NCBI GenBank assembly: GCA_951406725.2
Contig: OX597817.1
Span: 118,110,001-118,174,000 of the forward strand
Length of the DNA stretch: 64,000 bases
Origin: Octopus vulgaris
Taxonomy: Eukaryota
Reading direction: 5' to 3'
Both the position numbers and the translations under genes were made by a program. The stretch's first letter is position 1. Every line of letters begins with the position of its first letter. Positions 1 to 14,003 of this stretch are shown in pieces. The notes beneath the pieces are model-generated. The model did no database searches and was not told the DNA's origin. It saw nothing but the letters and a program-made list of their open reading frames with translations.

Positions 1-1498
1 ACAGTTTATGTAGATTTTCTTTTCTTTTTCTAATGATATAGTCGTTATATAACTTTCTATTGTTATAATAATTTTAATGCGCAATTATTTCAAATGATTA
101 GGAATTGTCGGGAAAATAAGTTTAAGTCTGTACCAAGATTATGCAAATTAATATACCAGATGGATGGCCATATGGCTAGTCGTATTGCACTGTTTTGTTT
201 AATAACCGAGCATTGTTACACATTAATTCGCTATGGGAAAGCGTCGTAGTATCAGCCCAGTTACTAGATCAAAGATAGCATTGTTTCATCAGCAAAATGT
301 GTCCTTCATAAACATCAGCAAGCGGGTACGATGCAATAAAACGGCTTGTGTTCGAGAATGGAAGCTTTACCAAGATCGGCAAAGAACGGGCGCTCCGAGA
401 GAACAACTGTACAATTGGATCGGCGAATCCATAGGCTCTCTGAAAGTAATGCTAATATCAGTAGACGTTTGCAAGCAATTAGCAGAAACTGACATCAGCT
501 CTACACCACAAACTCTCAGAAACCGCCTAAAAGAATTAAGACTGTTCGGTCGGGTCGCTCGAAAGAAGCCGATAATTTCTGAGACGAGCCGGCGGAAGCG
601 GATCGAATTTGCTAAAAACTGTATTGAATGGACGGCCTAAGACTGGTCAAAAGTTCTTTGGAGCGACAAATAGCGTTTCCGCATCTTTCGATCAGACGGA
701 AAGATTTATGTTAGACGCCATCCAACTGAAGAATTTCATCCTAAGTGTGTCAAGAAAACGGTGCAACGGGAGGGCGGGGTAATGGTGTGGGCCTTGTTCA
801 GTAGCGTGGGTGTTGATCCGATTCTTAAAGTTGATGGCAGACTGAATAGTGTAGGCCATCTGCAATTAATAGATGGAAAAGTGCTGCCATATTTAAATAA
901 TCAGATGCCACCGGGATCTATTTTCCAGCAGGAAAATTGCACTGTTCAGAAGGCTAGGAGAGTTTTGCAATTTTTGAGCGCAATAATATCGGGGCCGCCG
1001 TAAAGCCCGGATTCCAGTCTGATAGAATCTTTATGGAATTATTTTTGTAAAAGATGTCATGCTAAAAAAATCTCCAACAAATCTGTCCCAATAATCTTAT
1101 TAATGAAATATGGCAGAACATTCCAAGTGATTTTTGTGCTCATTTGCCGAATATCATATCCCGCCGTTGTAAGATCGTAATTGAACATAATGGCTATGGA
1201 ATAAGATACTAATAATACATTTTTGTTCGTTGATCATTTGTGACGTAAAGTTTCAATTTAAACAAAATAATATTGGTATAGTCTTAAACTTATTTTGCCG
1301 ACAAAATTTAATTATTTGAATTAATTGCACATTAAAATTATTCAAATTGTAGAAAGATATATAACGCCTATATCATACGAAAGAGAAAATGATTCTACAT
1401 AAACTCTAAAAAGTAAAATAATTTTATAGTTTTCTTAAAAATAAATTAATGAAAGAATAGAACTGTCATCATCGGTCTTAAACTTATTTTGATCACCG
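1..1498 (+). mobile_element. Tc1-like (DD34E) DNA transposon, IR/DR-type long TIRs; left end runs off the window
   Basis: 1-142 is the diverged reverse complement of 1267-1407. A 17-bp direct repeat GTCTTAAACTTATTTTG lies at 1281-1297 and 1475-1491. The right end ...CACCG|CA resembles a decayed ...CACTG|TA. Confidence 0.85.
233..1212 (+). pseudogene. Tc1 transposase pseudogene
   Basis: ORFs 233-640 and 761-1003 plus intervening frames read GRVARKKP, DWSKVLWSDK*RF, VMVWALFS, IFQQEN and SPDSSLIESLW. These match Tc1 WSDESKF / QQDNAP / SPDLNPIENLW, with stops and frameshifts. Confidence 0.9.
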
Positions 1499-2914
1499 CA
1501 TGCGCCTTTATCCAGAAGCATTGAAAAAAGAATATCACCGGAAAAAACACAAATCCTACTGAGAAAAGGTAGGAAAATATTTTTATCTTTGTGAAAATAT
1601 AGAATACTGAAGAAAATAACTCGGGGAACTTCAAAACAATTACAAAGACGAATTTAAAGGAAAAGTAATGAGTACGTCCATAGTTTGTGTGTGAGAAGTA
1701 GAACGGCCCAGTCGAACTTTCACGACAAATGCACGTTAAATTGTAATTTAATTGAATCCTAAATTCAGAATTCATATACTGTTTAAATCAATAGTGATTA
1801 TAAATATTTAATGCACTAAAATCAAAAGAACCAGGGTTTCAATTGGCTGGAATACAAAAAGTATTCTATTTAAATTATTCCACTCTAAATTAGACAGTAT
1901 GATTATATAATTTTTGTTTTTGATATTATCCTAAATATATCTAACGTACTATAAATTTCATACTAGTAAAAATAAAATTAGGATGTATTAAGGATTCAGT
2001 TGATTTTTATCTGAATTTTATAGAATTACAAATGATATTGAATTTGTTCCCAATTAAATTGATGAAATAATAACATTGAGCTGGAAATTGAACGGGAAAA
2101 AGAAATAAATAAATGAGGCAGACTCTGATAAAGACAATTAGAATGTATTTTTAGTCCGGTAATGTATGCGTGATATCCAGATATAAATAAAGTATAAATA
2201 AAACGAATCAGCGAAGTTAGTAACAGGAAGCCTTACGGAAAAAATAATAGATAATGGAGAATAATGATACATAAATAGAGCGCAGATCAAAGTAAGACAT
2301 TGAATCAATGTGATATATATATAAGAAGAAATATAGTGAGTTAGATAAGAGGAATGATAAAAGCGAAAGTAGAAAATAGTCAAGTTCTCCATATGTGAAA
2401 TTGCGAGTGAGTCTATACGTGCGTGCATTTGTATACATCTGCTGAAAGCGTATCTTTCAAATTCCACATTCGTTACCTTGCAATTCAAGTCTTAGAAATT
2501 AGTTTACCGGGTTACAATCACACAGTATTTTTATTAATATAAAGGAAATAATGAACTTTTTCGTCTCATGTAATCCACTATTAACTGTCTTGATCGAAGT
2601 TGCCGAAGATGTCAACATAAAATCTGGAATTCATATTTTTAAAGAGAGTAGAACGTGTCGTAGGGAAGTGTATATCGGATCCAATTGAGTGGTATTAACA
2701 ACTCAATATTGAATTTCTGTTATTAAAGGGGTACATGTACATGTGTGTATGTGTATATGCTTGCAGGTGTGTGTATGCCTAAAGATATTTACATATTTAC
2801 ATATATACATAAGAGTGTGTCCATATGTATTTCGAGCGGTGTTTGAAACTTAATGTACGAGTCATAGCTTATATGCATTATGTACTTACATAAAAGCAAG
2901 GGATAAACAAGTAC

Positions 2915-3694
2915 GTCATTTTTCTATATTATAGTCTCCTTCATTTTCGATGCACTCGGTTCAGCAGTTTACAAGCTTGCGTTTTCCTGCTAAGAAGAAG
3001 GTTTTCAGTTGGTCGTGCAACGATTTATGCACAACTTCCATCACACTTTCATCCGTAGGAAATCTACGACCTCGTAAGACATCATTGAGCGGTCCAAAGA
3101 TATGACAGTTGGAAGCGTGGAATCTGGGCTGTAGCCAGTGTGTTCCAGCACGTCAAAACCTAATTACTTAATGGTTTCAAAGGTCTGGGCGGCAGTATGC
3201 GGGCGTGTATTGTCATGCAACAACAACACTTTCTTCGGCAATAGGATTCGGCGTTTTGTGCGAATTGCTGGCTTCAGTTTGTTGGACAGCAACGCACTGT
3301 ATCTTGAACTGTCGATTGTACAACCGTTTTCCAGGTTGTCTTCCAGCATAGGCCCTCTTTATGAGTCCTCGGATGACTGTGTCTTAAATTTCTTCGTTAT
3401 TGGTGAACCAGAATGTTTCTACTCCACACTCCTCCAATGAATATCAGCACCTGACACAGCTTCTGATCAGAGGAATTGGCGCACTGCTCTTTGCTCTACT
3501 TTGGTGCATATTGTTAGTGGAGTGACCAGGCTTACACTGTAAAGCCAGACAGAAAAATATCGTGATCTGGCTCAAAGTTCGATCACGTGACCACAATAGA
3601 AGCAACTATAAGCACGCATGCGCAGAAGGCAGTGTAATTATAATAAAGATATGTTATGGCGAAAGCGCGGATATTTTTCTTACTTCCTCTCGTA
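2915..3694 (-). mobile_element. Internally deleted mariner (DD34D) element
   Basis: Minus strand: TA-CGAGAG end at 3694, N-terminus TKVEQRAVRQFL, KKVLLLHDNTRPHTA (ORF 3164-3349), YSPD...FGPL and C-terminus ECIENEGDY. The second TIR was not found. Confidence 0.8.
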
Positions 3695-3703
3695 TATATG
3701 AGC

Positions 3704-3739
<36 letters not shown>

Positions 3740-4169
3740 ACAGTTATCTCTCAGAGAAACGTCTTCTCAAGCACATTTTTAAAGCAGTATAAAGACTGAA
3801 TTAATTTAATATTACTTCATTTGTATACACCGCATTTTTTTCCAACCTGCTTCTATTCGTATCGTGATAAATGTATTATTCACTCTTTCCTATGAAGTAA
3901 GCAATAGGCTCTTCTAGCAATTTGGCTGGGCGCGAGTAAATTCTGAAATTATGCAGATGGGAGCATCACTTCTCGTCGCGAGCCGATATATCTTGTGTTT
4001 TTAAACAGAATTCCCATAAGAGATTTATCTTGGATCCCAACGAGGCAAATACATTGAGCACGATACATAGTTGCCATTTTATTTTATATCGCCTCCCAGC
4101 TGTGTGTCTATATGTATATATATATACATATGCATAAATGCACACATGCATGTATGCATATGTATATAT

Positions 4170-4170
<1 letters not shown>

Positions 4171-4222
<52 letters not shown>

Positions 4223-4224
4223 AA

Positions 4225-4288
<64 letters not shown>
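4171..4288. repeat. Compound microsatellite (TATC)n(TA)n
   Basis: Directly visible. Confidence 0.97.
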
Positions 4289-4291
<3 letters not shown>

Positions 4292-5979
4292 CTATATTGT
4301 ATTATACGTAGAGACAGGGAGAGAAAGCGAGAGACACATATATTGAAATATAGACAATGCGTGGTGACAGTTATTAAAGAGCTGGATAAACACTGCGCAC
4401 TATTTATTCTTATTCTTTCCTTCTGAGCCTAAATTCGAGTAAAATCACGTTAAGATTCCTTTCCCTTCTGTCTCTATAAAACATTTAAATGGTGACACTG
4501 TTAGAACGACGGACTGGATTTTATTTAAAGCAATATACATTATTCAGAAAATCTTTGCGTTGATTCTGATGTCAAATTATATTGGCATGGCCAGTTCATT
4601 TTCCATGGACAACAATGGTGACGAGCAATGAAGAGAAGGAAATGCATACAGTTTCAACTCATTTACATGATGGAGCGTTCCTAGGCCTCCTAAAAGAGAT
4701 GCAGTTACTCAGTGACAACTGGCGCAAGATTTAGAACAACTGTTTGTCCCCGTCTTTCTTGCTCTCTATTTGTTTAGCTATATATATATATTTTGTACAG
4801 TATATCAGACGATTACAGTAATAAAATTCTAGTAAGACATCCATGAAACACTTGTACTCTAATGACTGAAACAAATAACTTTGATAGATCAGCCCAAGTA
4901 CAATAATGTATACTGCTATTTAATATTTATTACATGTATTCTGAATATATATTATGCTATCTCCTTATTTCTTTTATTTTTATATCATACGATAAATTCT
5001 ACAAGTCTTAGTGTATTCCAGCTTTATGCGCTTCTTATAAAACCTACAACGTATTGATTTGTTGACAACGTATTGATTTGTCGTTTTATTATTGAGTTGT
5101 CTTTCATCTTATAACATAGTTACACAATAGATGGATATAAATGTCTCCTTGGGACATTACCTTTGGATATAATCATTTACAAAATGTTATTGCTATGAAG
5201 AGTTTTTTTTTCTGGAGTGTTACATGTTTGTTCACTTCGAGTTGACATATAATGTCTTGGAAGTTTTAATGACATCGCTGTGTTTGAAACAGCATATGAA
5301 ATTACGAAAGACGTTTCCTTATATTGCACTTTCTTGCTGAACATAACATGATTTCTTGAATATAAAGAAAATATAAACAACTTTTAGCGAAACTTTGAAA
5401 TGTTCATTCTACTTGATGTCAACTGGTGAAGTGAATCAGACATTTTCTAAATTGCCTTATTGATTTACAGACAATACGTTTTAAGACTTATGATGAAATT
5501 ATAATAAGGAAAAGAAAATATTTATATTTTTTTCTTTACACTATTTTAGTTTGGCTACAAATAAAACAAATTAAATTACTTCGTATACCCTTATTGAATT
5601 TAACGGAGAGCATTCAGATATTCTGAAATAAAACCAGAGACAACCATGAGAACAAGTGGAATCAAAAGCAAATTAACTTCTTACAGAGTAATTTGTATTA
5701 GCTTAGAAAGTCCTGTCGTATTTTTGACATGATCTCTTTGGGGGTACCTTTTCGATACTTACGTTAAAATGAGCATCACGTTTCGCAAACAAATATATAT
5801 TCTTTTCTTCCCTTGAAGATTACTTTATACTACTATGGTTTTTCCCATTCAAACTGCTCAAGCCTTTGATTTGTCATCATCCTCGCTGTATGTGGCGCAG
5901 CACTATCCTGATGGAAGGATACTTTTAGTCATGAAAGTATCAGCACTCAACCACCAACATGGCTGAAGGAGGTTGGTGC

Positions 5980-6117
5980 AAGAGTGAAAGAAGAACACCT
6001 ACAAAACTCAGCATTGCTGCAAGAATCTTCGCATGGTCCTTGAAGACCCTTTCCATCATACCCTGCAAAATAAATTGTGACTCTTCATATAATAACAACA
6101 ACAACAACAACAACAAC

Positions 6118-6182
<65 letters not shown>

Positions 6183-6199
6183 CAACAACAATAACAATA
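5980..6199 (+). mobile_element. 3' end of an R4/Dong-type LINE with (AAC/AAT)n tail
   Basis: Reads EEHLQNSALL, like the EHLQKTALLGTARIL C-terminus at ~48800, followed by a short 3' UTR and (AAC)n(AAT)n at 6091-6199. Confidence 0.6.
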
Positions 6200-6521
6200 T
6201 AATTTTGTTCTCTTATAAGCCACAAGGGCTCACTTACAAAGCACTAATTGATATTCAAAAACATAAAAGACAAAAACAGGACGATACAAAGTGTTTTCGC
6301 ATGTACACAATGTAATAATAAAAATTGAACAAATTAAGACTCCAGATAGGGAAGGCGCTTTAAGGTCCTCGTGGAAAAGCCCACAAAAGCAAAATGTGCC
6401 TGAACAACAGGGCAAGAACCCTTCTCTTTTGAATACCTTTTTACAGGTGCATGCTCAGAATTGGATCCAAACTGGGCATTCTTCAATAATAATGATGAAG
6501 ATGATGATGATGATGATGATG

Positions 6522-6568
<47 letters not shown>

Positions 6569-6851
6569 AACTCTTTTATGATGTTGAATATATAATACCA
6601 CACGCATAAATCATTTACGTATAAAACAAAATATTACATATGTTAATTACAAATCGACACACTTAGATATAATTACGCTGGTGTTTTACATACCTTTTTT
6701 AGCGTTATACGCTGAATTGTTATTACGGCATACAAAGTATTAAAACTTAAAACTATATTAGGAGCACTATTCCTTGTTTTTATTGCATTTAATGTAATTA
6801 TCAATATAGTTTATAAGACTTATTTAAACACATGAACGCCACAACCACTAT

Positions 6852-6890
<39 letters not shown>

Positions 6891-7839
6891 AAATGGATTA
6901 TTATGGATGCATATAAATTTGGTTCTTATCGCGTTGTGATTATGATACATTATATTTGGATTTAAACTTAGACAGTATTGGGTACATTAAATGACTTATA
7001 TCATTCCACTAATCTTTATATATGATGTAAATGCTGCTCTGCTAAAATATTTATAGATGAACTCAATATTTTTTAGACAAAGTAACTTTGTGTAATATTT
7101 CATGACAAGAGGTTTTGAGATGTGTACATATCTAAAGATAAATGTCTATTTCTTAACTGAAATGCGGCAAAATATGCGTTCGACTACAACTTTCATGTAT
7201 TTTATGTAATATGTGATAATAAAGTCTTTTCTAAGAAGACATTTGATAACTCAAAGCGTTTGGTTTTATAGTACGCGTAGAGATTACGTAATTTATTAAT
7301 ATAATAATATATGAGTGAAAAAATATGTTTGTAAAACATATTATATATATTAATCTTTGTAAAATACGAAGATAAGTATATTTATGTATTTTATTTATGA
7401 GGGTATACGTTGTCGATGATTTGTTTACCGTCAAAGACGTATTTTCTTTACTTATGCCTTGAATTTTTTATTGTATTATTGTACATTCCTTGATATTCAC
7501 CTCTCATTTCTCTATATTTCATGAATATCGTCTTACTTTTACTTGGATTTCTTTCCAGACGAAATAGCTCTAGAGTTCTTTTTCAAAGATTACATATTTA
7601 CATTTTGTAGACATCTTCAAATTCCTTTCATACATACAAATGCTTTACAAGAGACAAAGTTTCAGATGAGTGTCAATGTTATTCGTGAGGAAATGGGAAA
7701 TGGAAGGTGCCGCTCTTACAAAAAATGAAAACAAGATATATAGTATCAGCTGTTCTTTAGTGTTTGTCTGATATTTCACTCAATTTTGTTCCCTCTCTTC
7801 TGCACCTATCTTCTTTTTCTCTCTCTCTCACTCACTCAC

Positions 7840-7915
<76 letters not shown>

Positions 7916-8195
7916 TGTAAATACTTCTAATATAAGGATATATGGCAGGGATATCAGGTACAACCACCCTTCAAGGGGTCTTGATATTCCATATTCAATT
8001 CACATTGTTTGAGCGTGCTGATTATACCTAGCAAGGTATAAAGACCTAGAGAGGTACCTCAATTTTTGTGCCTAATTCGACGAAATCTTCAAGATATTTT
8101 ACATATTTATATGTGTGTATGTGTGTGTGTATGTATATGGGCTTCTGTATATATATATATATATTTATATATAAACAGATATATATATTCTATGC

Positions 8196-8560
8196 AGGCG
8201 CTTACGAGGATGTGTGGTGGTTCCGGGTACATTCCTAGCGTGGAACTTTTTGCCACCCTCTTCTATTACAATCTCTGGCTGTCCTCTACCTTGTTAGCGG
8301 ATTTCGAATGTGTAAACTGAAAGAAGCCCGTCACATAATATACAACTATATTTGTTTGTCTTGTTACCTCTATGTCCTCCACGAATTCTTGACAGCCAGT
8401 GTTAATCGATTTACGTCCCGTAACGAAATGGTTTCTCAAAAGACACTGATATAATAATAATAACAAAGAGAAATACGTACTCGGTTCGATTCGTTCGACT
8501 AATGTCTTGGAAACGATGCAGTTCCATGGCAACATCCTAACGACTGAAACAATAAAAGGT
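8196..8560 (+). mobile_element. Degenerate tRNA-derived SINE, family A
   Basis: Shares GGTTCCGGGT, AACTGAAAGAAGCCCGTC and GACTGAAACAA with the copy at 21705-22129. Confidence 0.7.
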
Positions 8561-8599
8561 AAATGATGAAATATATATACTTATGTGAGTGTGTATGAA

Positions 8600-8603
<4 letters not shown>

Positions 8604-8680
<77 letters not shown>
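8604..8680. repeat. (GT)n microsatellite
   Basis: Directly visible. Confidence 0.97.
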
Positions 8681-8683
<3 letters not shown>

Positions 8684-9970
8684 TATGCATGCGCTTATAT
8701 AGAATCAGACTTCTATTTTTATGTGAATTTGCAGGACATTAGGCTGGCTGAATTATTAGAGGGTTGTGCAGTATACATTGTACTATTTGTTCCGAATATT
8801 TACATTCCTTGAGAAAATCCTGCTTTTAAATGCGTATATTGTTTTTAATATTTAGTATTAAATATTAAAAATGTGCTAAATTAACTTGCAATATTTTCTG
8901 AGAAACTCCGCTGAGGTCAACTTTATTTTTCATCACTTCGCGAATAATTAACCACAGTATCAGTCAAATACTTGTGTGGATTATATTGACTACACCTTCA
9001 CATCAAATTTAGTGACTTCGTGCGTAAAATTTGAAACAATTATCGTACAATAAACTAAAAAATTAGAATTATCTCAGATATACAACTCTTCTCAAGCTTA
9101 ATATATTCGAAATAAATAATCAATATGAACCGTAATAAATTTATCAACGAAGCATGCGTATGTTAAAGCTTTTATCATTTATAAATAAAGGATTAAAATC
9201 ACCGCTGTGTATTTATATCTTCAATTTTACGATGTCACAGCAAGGATAAAAATATCGTTAGGTAAATAAAGGCTTACACTGTCATAAAGATACTTTCCTG
9301 TAAAACAGTTACACATGTAAATATGTGTGTGTGAGTGTGTGTGTATGAATGTATGTATGTAAGAGCGTATTTACGTGTGTATGAATTAGTATATTTCATC
9401 TTTGTACGTTTTTAAACGAAAGACACACACACACATACACGAACAGAAAATGCAATCTTCTTTTATTGCATGTTTTACTTGGTGTTTCAATTTTTTTTTT
9501 TTACGCTGGAATTAAATGATTTTTTTGAATGGTGTATTTGAATCAAATATTCTAATTTGCAAAACGTGATATTGCCGAGGGCTAACCATCATGATTCTTA
9601 TTGGTATAGATGTGGTTGTTAGATAACGAGGATTGTTTCTAAAAGAACCCCATGAAGAATCCGTGTGATGTGAATGAGGTAAAAAGAAGTGTATATATTA
9701 TTAATTTCGCATTCATGAACAATAATATTACAACGATATTAAAATACAAGAAGTTCTGAAAATTCCCCGTAAATAATTGTCAACTAGAACATACTGAACA
9801 TAATTCAGGAGATATATATTGGTATAAATATATCGAAGCGGAAAAAAAAAAGGAAAAAAAACTCATAAGTAACTTTTATAAATATTTTATAATTATATAC
9901 ATAATCATATGCAAGCCAAGAACTGGTTATAATTATGCATATAATTATAGTATATAAGCCATCCATCTAT

Positions 9971-9973
<3 letters not shown>

Positions 9974-10026
<53 letters not shown>

Positions 10027-10085
10027 TATATAATTGATAGATGTAAGGATGTATATATAGATAGAAAGACAGACAGATAGATAGT

Positions 10086-10152
<67 letters not shown>

Positions 10153-10160
10153 GTAGGTAG
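9974..10160. repeat. Compound (TA)n/(GATA)n microsatellite
   Basis: Directly visible. Confidence 0.95.
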
Positions 10161-10599
10161 ATTGATGTGGACATACAAACATGTATGCATTAACACATAC
10201 ATACATACGTTCATACACTATTTAATCCTAAATTTTCAGAGCTATTCCACGATTAAGGTTAGGTAAAATTCATTAATTTGTACGTGGAAGTAATCAGTAA
10301 CTGATAATGAAGAATGTAGTAGATAGTGGATCCATGCTGAAAGCATTCAATATACGTTATATTCATCGAAATCTAATGAACATTGTACCACGAGAGTAGT
10401 TCATCACACATGATTTTTAATTAGACATTGATATCCATATAAGTTGATATTCTCGAAGCAATTCTATGTAGAGGGTATTCGGGGACAATTTGATAGTTGG
10501 TGTAAAAGAAGAAGGATGCTCAATATACCGTTCAAAACTATAGGTAGTTTTAAAAAGTCAAAAGAACGTCATCTAGATTATGTCTCGGAGATATCACTT

Positions 10600-11520
10600 T
10601 ACACAAAGTGGACGTCTTTAGCTCCAACATAGCTCAAGGCAACTCTGTAATGTGGCGCATGTGTTACTGAGATGATTTTCGGGCACCTACTTGATCCTGG
10701 GCCCCAGCTCAGCCTTGCTATTATAAGTAGGGCGCACAATGTCTTACTTAACTGCGCCTTGCTCATAGTAAACCATGAGATCATAGTCGGTGGACTTAGC
10801 TGGCCAAAAACTAGGGCTGATGAAATCATGGTTTTGTGACGATTACTTCTGACTCTTTCCGGGGATGTCACGGAGTCGAATGCTGCTGCCATACCTACTC
10901 CTTTTAGCAGTCATCCTCTCCAACTAGAAATTAATCACCATCTTTTAGTTTCACATCTAAGGTTTTATTGGCCGATATCACGCCATCCCCATCGGAGATA
11001 CATACAACTAACACCGCAATTTAGGGCAGCTTGGCTTCAACGTTACGTAGCAAGCAACCATCGTGTATTTATCGGTGTCATGTAAGCTGTCCTGACAGAA
11101 GCATTTTAGATATGAGAATAACAAGATCAACTGGAGCTCAACAGAATGCATGAGCTTGTCCAAATATTCTTCCCCTTTGCCCAGGGGTTCTACATGGTCT
11201 CGGTTGTCAGAATGTTCCCTTGCTCCTCTAGTACAATTAGTAGCGAAGGTCCTCCCCATTCAGAGCCAACTTCATGGTGGAAACCCTTGTACACATCGCC
11301 TTCACTAAAGTCCGGATTCCCTTGCTCGGAAATTCTATCACTTTGGTTCTGCAGTTTTTGGATGAATTCCGGCATACAAATGCAGTCAAAATGCATGTTG
11401 CGTCCCTTTCTGCTGGCTGTGGCTTCGTAGTCCTGGCTGCAACTGTTCACGTTCACAGTACAATGAGCCGAAGATATGATGTCGGCATTTTAATACCCTG
11501 CATGAATCATCATTGTACAG
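10600..11520 (-). pseudogene. Decayed maT/DD37D-like (Tc1/mariner superfamily) transposase
   Basis: Minus-strand frames read DYEATASRK..DCICMPEFIQKLQ, LLFSYLKCFCQD (=FFSDEKNFCQD), VWQQHSTP (=VWQQDSAP) and SPSFWPAKSTDYDLMVYY (=WPPNSPDLNPMDYY). Related to the element at 32831-34051. Confidence 0.8.
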
Positions 11521-11954
11521 GTAATTTAATTTCAGTATTCAGATGGTATTTCACGAGTATATCATGGGACCCTTGTATGTCAATGGACATGTATATTATT
11601 TTATGCATTGGCAGATATATCCCGCATTGAGAAAACGTTGCATTCCTAAAAAAGTTGTTGCTTACTTTTAAGAGTGTTTCTTCATAATTAAAAAAATATT
11701 TTCGCATTAAACCCGACTTCAATCATGGTTGTGTTAGAGGCAGGATTATTGGGAAATATTATCTCATCTGAAATTACCATTGCAGCAAGAACTCCAGTAA
11801 ATTTCTCTATCTCTATCTCCTACTATCATTCGATCTCTTTATATGTCTATATTTATGTTTATATGCAGAGAGGTTATATATACATATATATCCATGTGTC
11901 TGCGAGTTGTATATACCGAGAGAAAAGGAGAAGTGTTCGTTTAAATATGAATTC

Positions 11955-12088
11955 ATATATATATATATATATATATACACGAGTATAACAAAAGCAATAT
12001 CACATTCATCAGAAGGATTACTGAGTACATATTGTAGAGAGTATGTACACACACACACAGACACACATATATATATATATATACATAC

Positions 12089-12125
<37 letters not shown>

Positions 12126-12304
12126 TTTATACATATATACATATATATACATATATAAATATATAAATATATAAATATGCATATATACATATATATATGC
12201 ATATATATACATATATATAAGCATATATACATATATATATACACATATACAGATATATGCATATATATGTATATACATATACAGATATATACATATATGT
12301 ATAC

Positions 12305-12339
<35 letters not shown>

Positions 12340-12389
12340 CATGTATACATATGTATATATACATTTATGTATATATATATATATATATA
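11955..12389. repeat. Long degenerate (TA)n/(TACA)n tract
   Basis: Directly visible; source of several spurious YI-rich ORFs. Confidence 0.95.
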
Positions 12390-12418
12390 ATGGGTAACAA
12401 GGATGTAAAGGCATTAGT

Positions 12419-12497
12419 GCATTACGGCCGTTTCAGGCAGCTCCACTTAATCGATCATTCCAAGCATTAATTGAAATAGCTCGCCTTCCTCCGACGC
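12419..12497 (-). ncRNA. Minimal type-I hammerhead ribozyme-like fold with one core substitution; probable Penelope-like pLTR remnant
   Basis: Minus strand: GCGU [CGGAGGA] AGGC-G-AGCU...AGCU-GCCU [GAAA] C-GGCC-G [UA] AUGC. Stems I, II and III pair and loop 3 is palindromic. The core CUGANGA has U4>G. Confidence 0.5.
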
Positions 12498-13864
12498 CAA
12501 AGATGCTATATGTTTTCAATATATAATTTGTTAGCAAATTTTTTATTAGAACTACAGAATAAAATACTTATATGCCTGGTTCTAGTAATGTAGCAGAATG
12601 AATTTAGGGAGGAAATACCCTAACTATAATTTGAAGTGGCCAAACAGAATAACAATAGATGTCAAGAGATGGTAATATAGCTACATTTATCTTTCTTCTT
12701 ATCATAATGAAAGGATCTAATGCGGCTATTATTCTACATCCACTAAGAATTAAAGTCACTAGGAATTGACAGTTGATTTCTCCCTGCTGATCATAATTTG
12801 ATTAATGTCATATACGCTTCCATATCCCTAATTTAAAATGATTATAAATTCGCTATGTCGACATAGAGGAAAATATCTCAAATGTCAGTAAAATAGTGGT
12901 TTATGCCAGAAAGAGAGATGATAGGTGGGACATAAACTATTTTATTATTGTCAGTTACAAGTGATTTTAATGCTTGGTGGATTTAGAATACCATCTGCAT
13001 TAGATCACATGATTGTGATAAGGAGAAACATAAATGTGTCTATATTAGCATTTCTTGATCCCATTGTTGTTTTCTTCTCCCTCTCCAAATTATCTGGCCA
13101 AATAACCGAAGAGATGGTGGTGTTGATTTCCACCTCGGCATCCGAAACTCAGAGTTTTATCTTGGGTAAATTAATTATTTCTTCTTTATAATAACCAAAC
13201 AAAAATATAATTAACTAAATGAGTATCATTTCAGCGATCTCAAGCAATAATTACGTCACTGTCAAATACATAATTTTGTCAAGCAAAAAGGAAAATGTAA
13301 GGCCTTAGAATTCGTGTAATAGAAATGTTAATATATTTTGTGACTAGTTTCTATTTCTAGACTTCGAAAAGCGAAGACAACAGTATGTTAAATGGAACTA
13401 TATCAACTGATATATATATATATGTATGTGTGTGTGTATGTGCGTGTGTGTGTGTTTGTGTGTGCGCGTGTGTTTGTGGTTGTTCGTTTGTGAACGTGTG
13501 TGTGTGTGAGACTATGTTTTTGCTTGTATCCTTCCATGAGTTAATATCCATTTCTAATTCCTAATTTCGAATCTAGTTGTCAGGTAATAAATTGATTATT
13601 TTAAATGTGTGGCGTACAAAGCCAATGCGGATTTTCTTTCTCACAGAAAGAAAACTGATCCTGTATTACATAATCCCTCTTGATTCTTTCAGTTTCATCT
13701 AATAGTATTATAGATTACATTATACTGAATTTTTTGTGTGTACTTTGTATCCGTCCTCAAACACGTATCATTCTTCAAAAACTTCAAAAAGCTTTACTGT
13801 ATTCATAGTATAATTATTTAATATATTCCTTTTGTTTTGTTGCAAATTTTCTCATAGCCAACGA

Positions 13865-14003
13865 GTGAAACGTACCTTCTATACAACGACAGGTTTTTCA
13901 CAAGTTCCTGTCTTTCTGTTATCGAGAAAGGCCTGGTTGGAAACCTAACCTTCCGAGTTCTTTTACAGAGCCTAGAAAGACTGAAGGCCCGCTGCAATAA
14001 GTG
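13865..14003 (+). repeat. Left arm of an inverted duplication (partner 15050-15203)
   Basis: Reverse complement of 15050-15203, with about 6 substitutions and one 15-bp indel. Confidence 0.95.

Noticed and set aside
10599-10892. Minus-strand ORF superficially like a PIWI/Argonaute C-terminus (LCALL..W..I.V..P)
   Set aside because: The alternative frame gives clear transposase motifs (VWQQ, WP..S.D..MVYY) colinear with the rest of the maT-like element.
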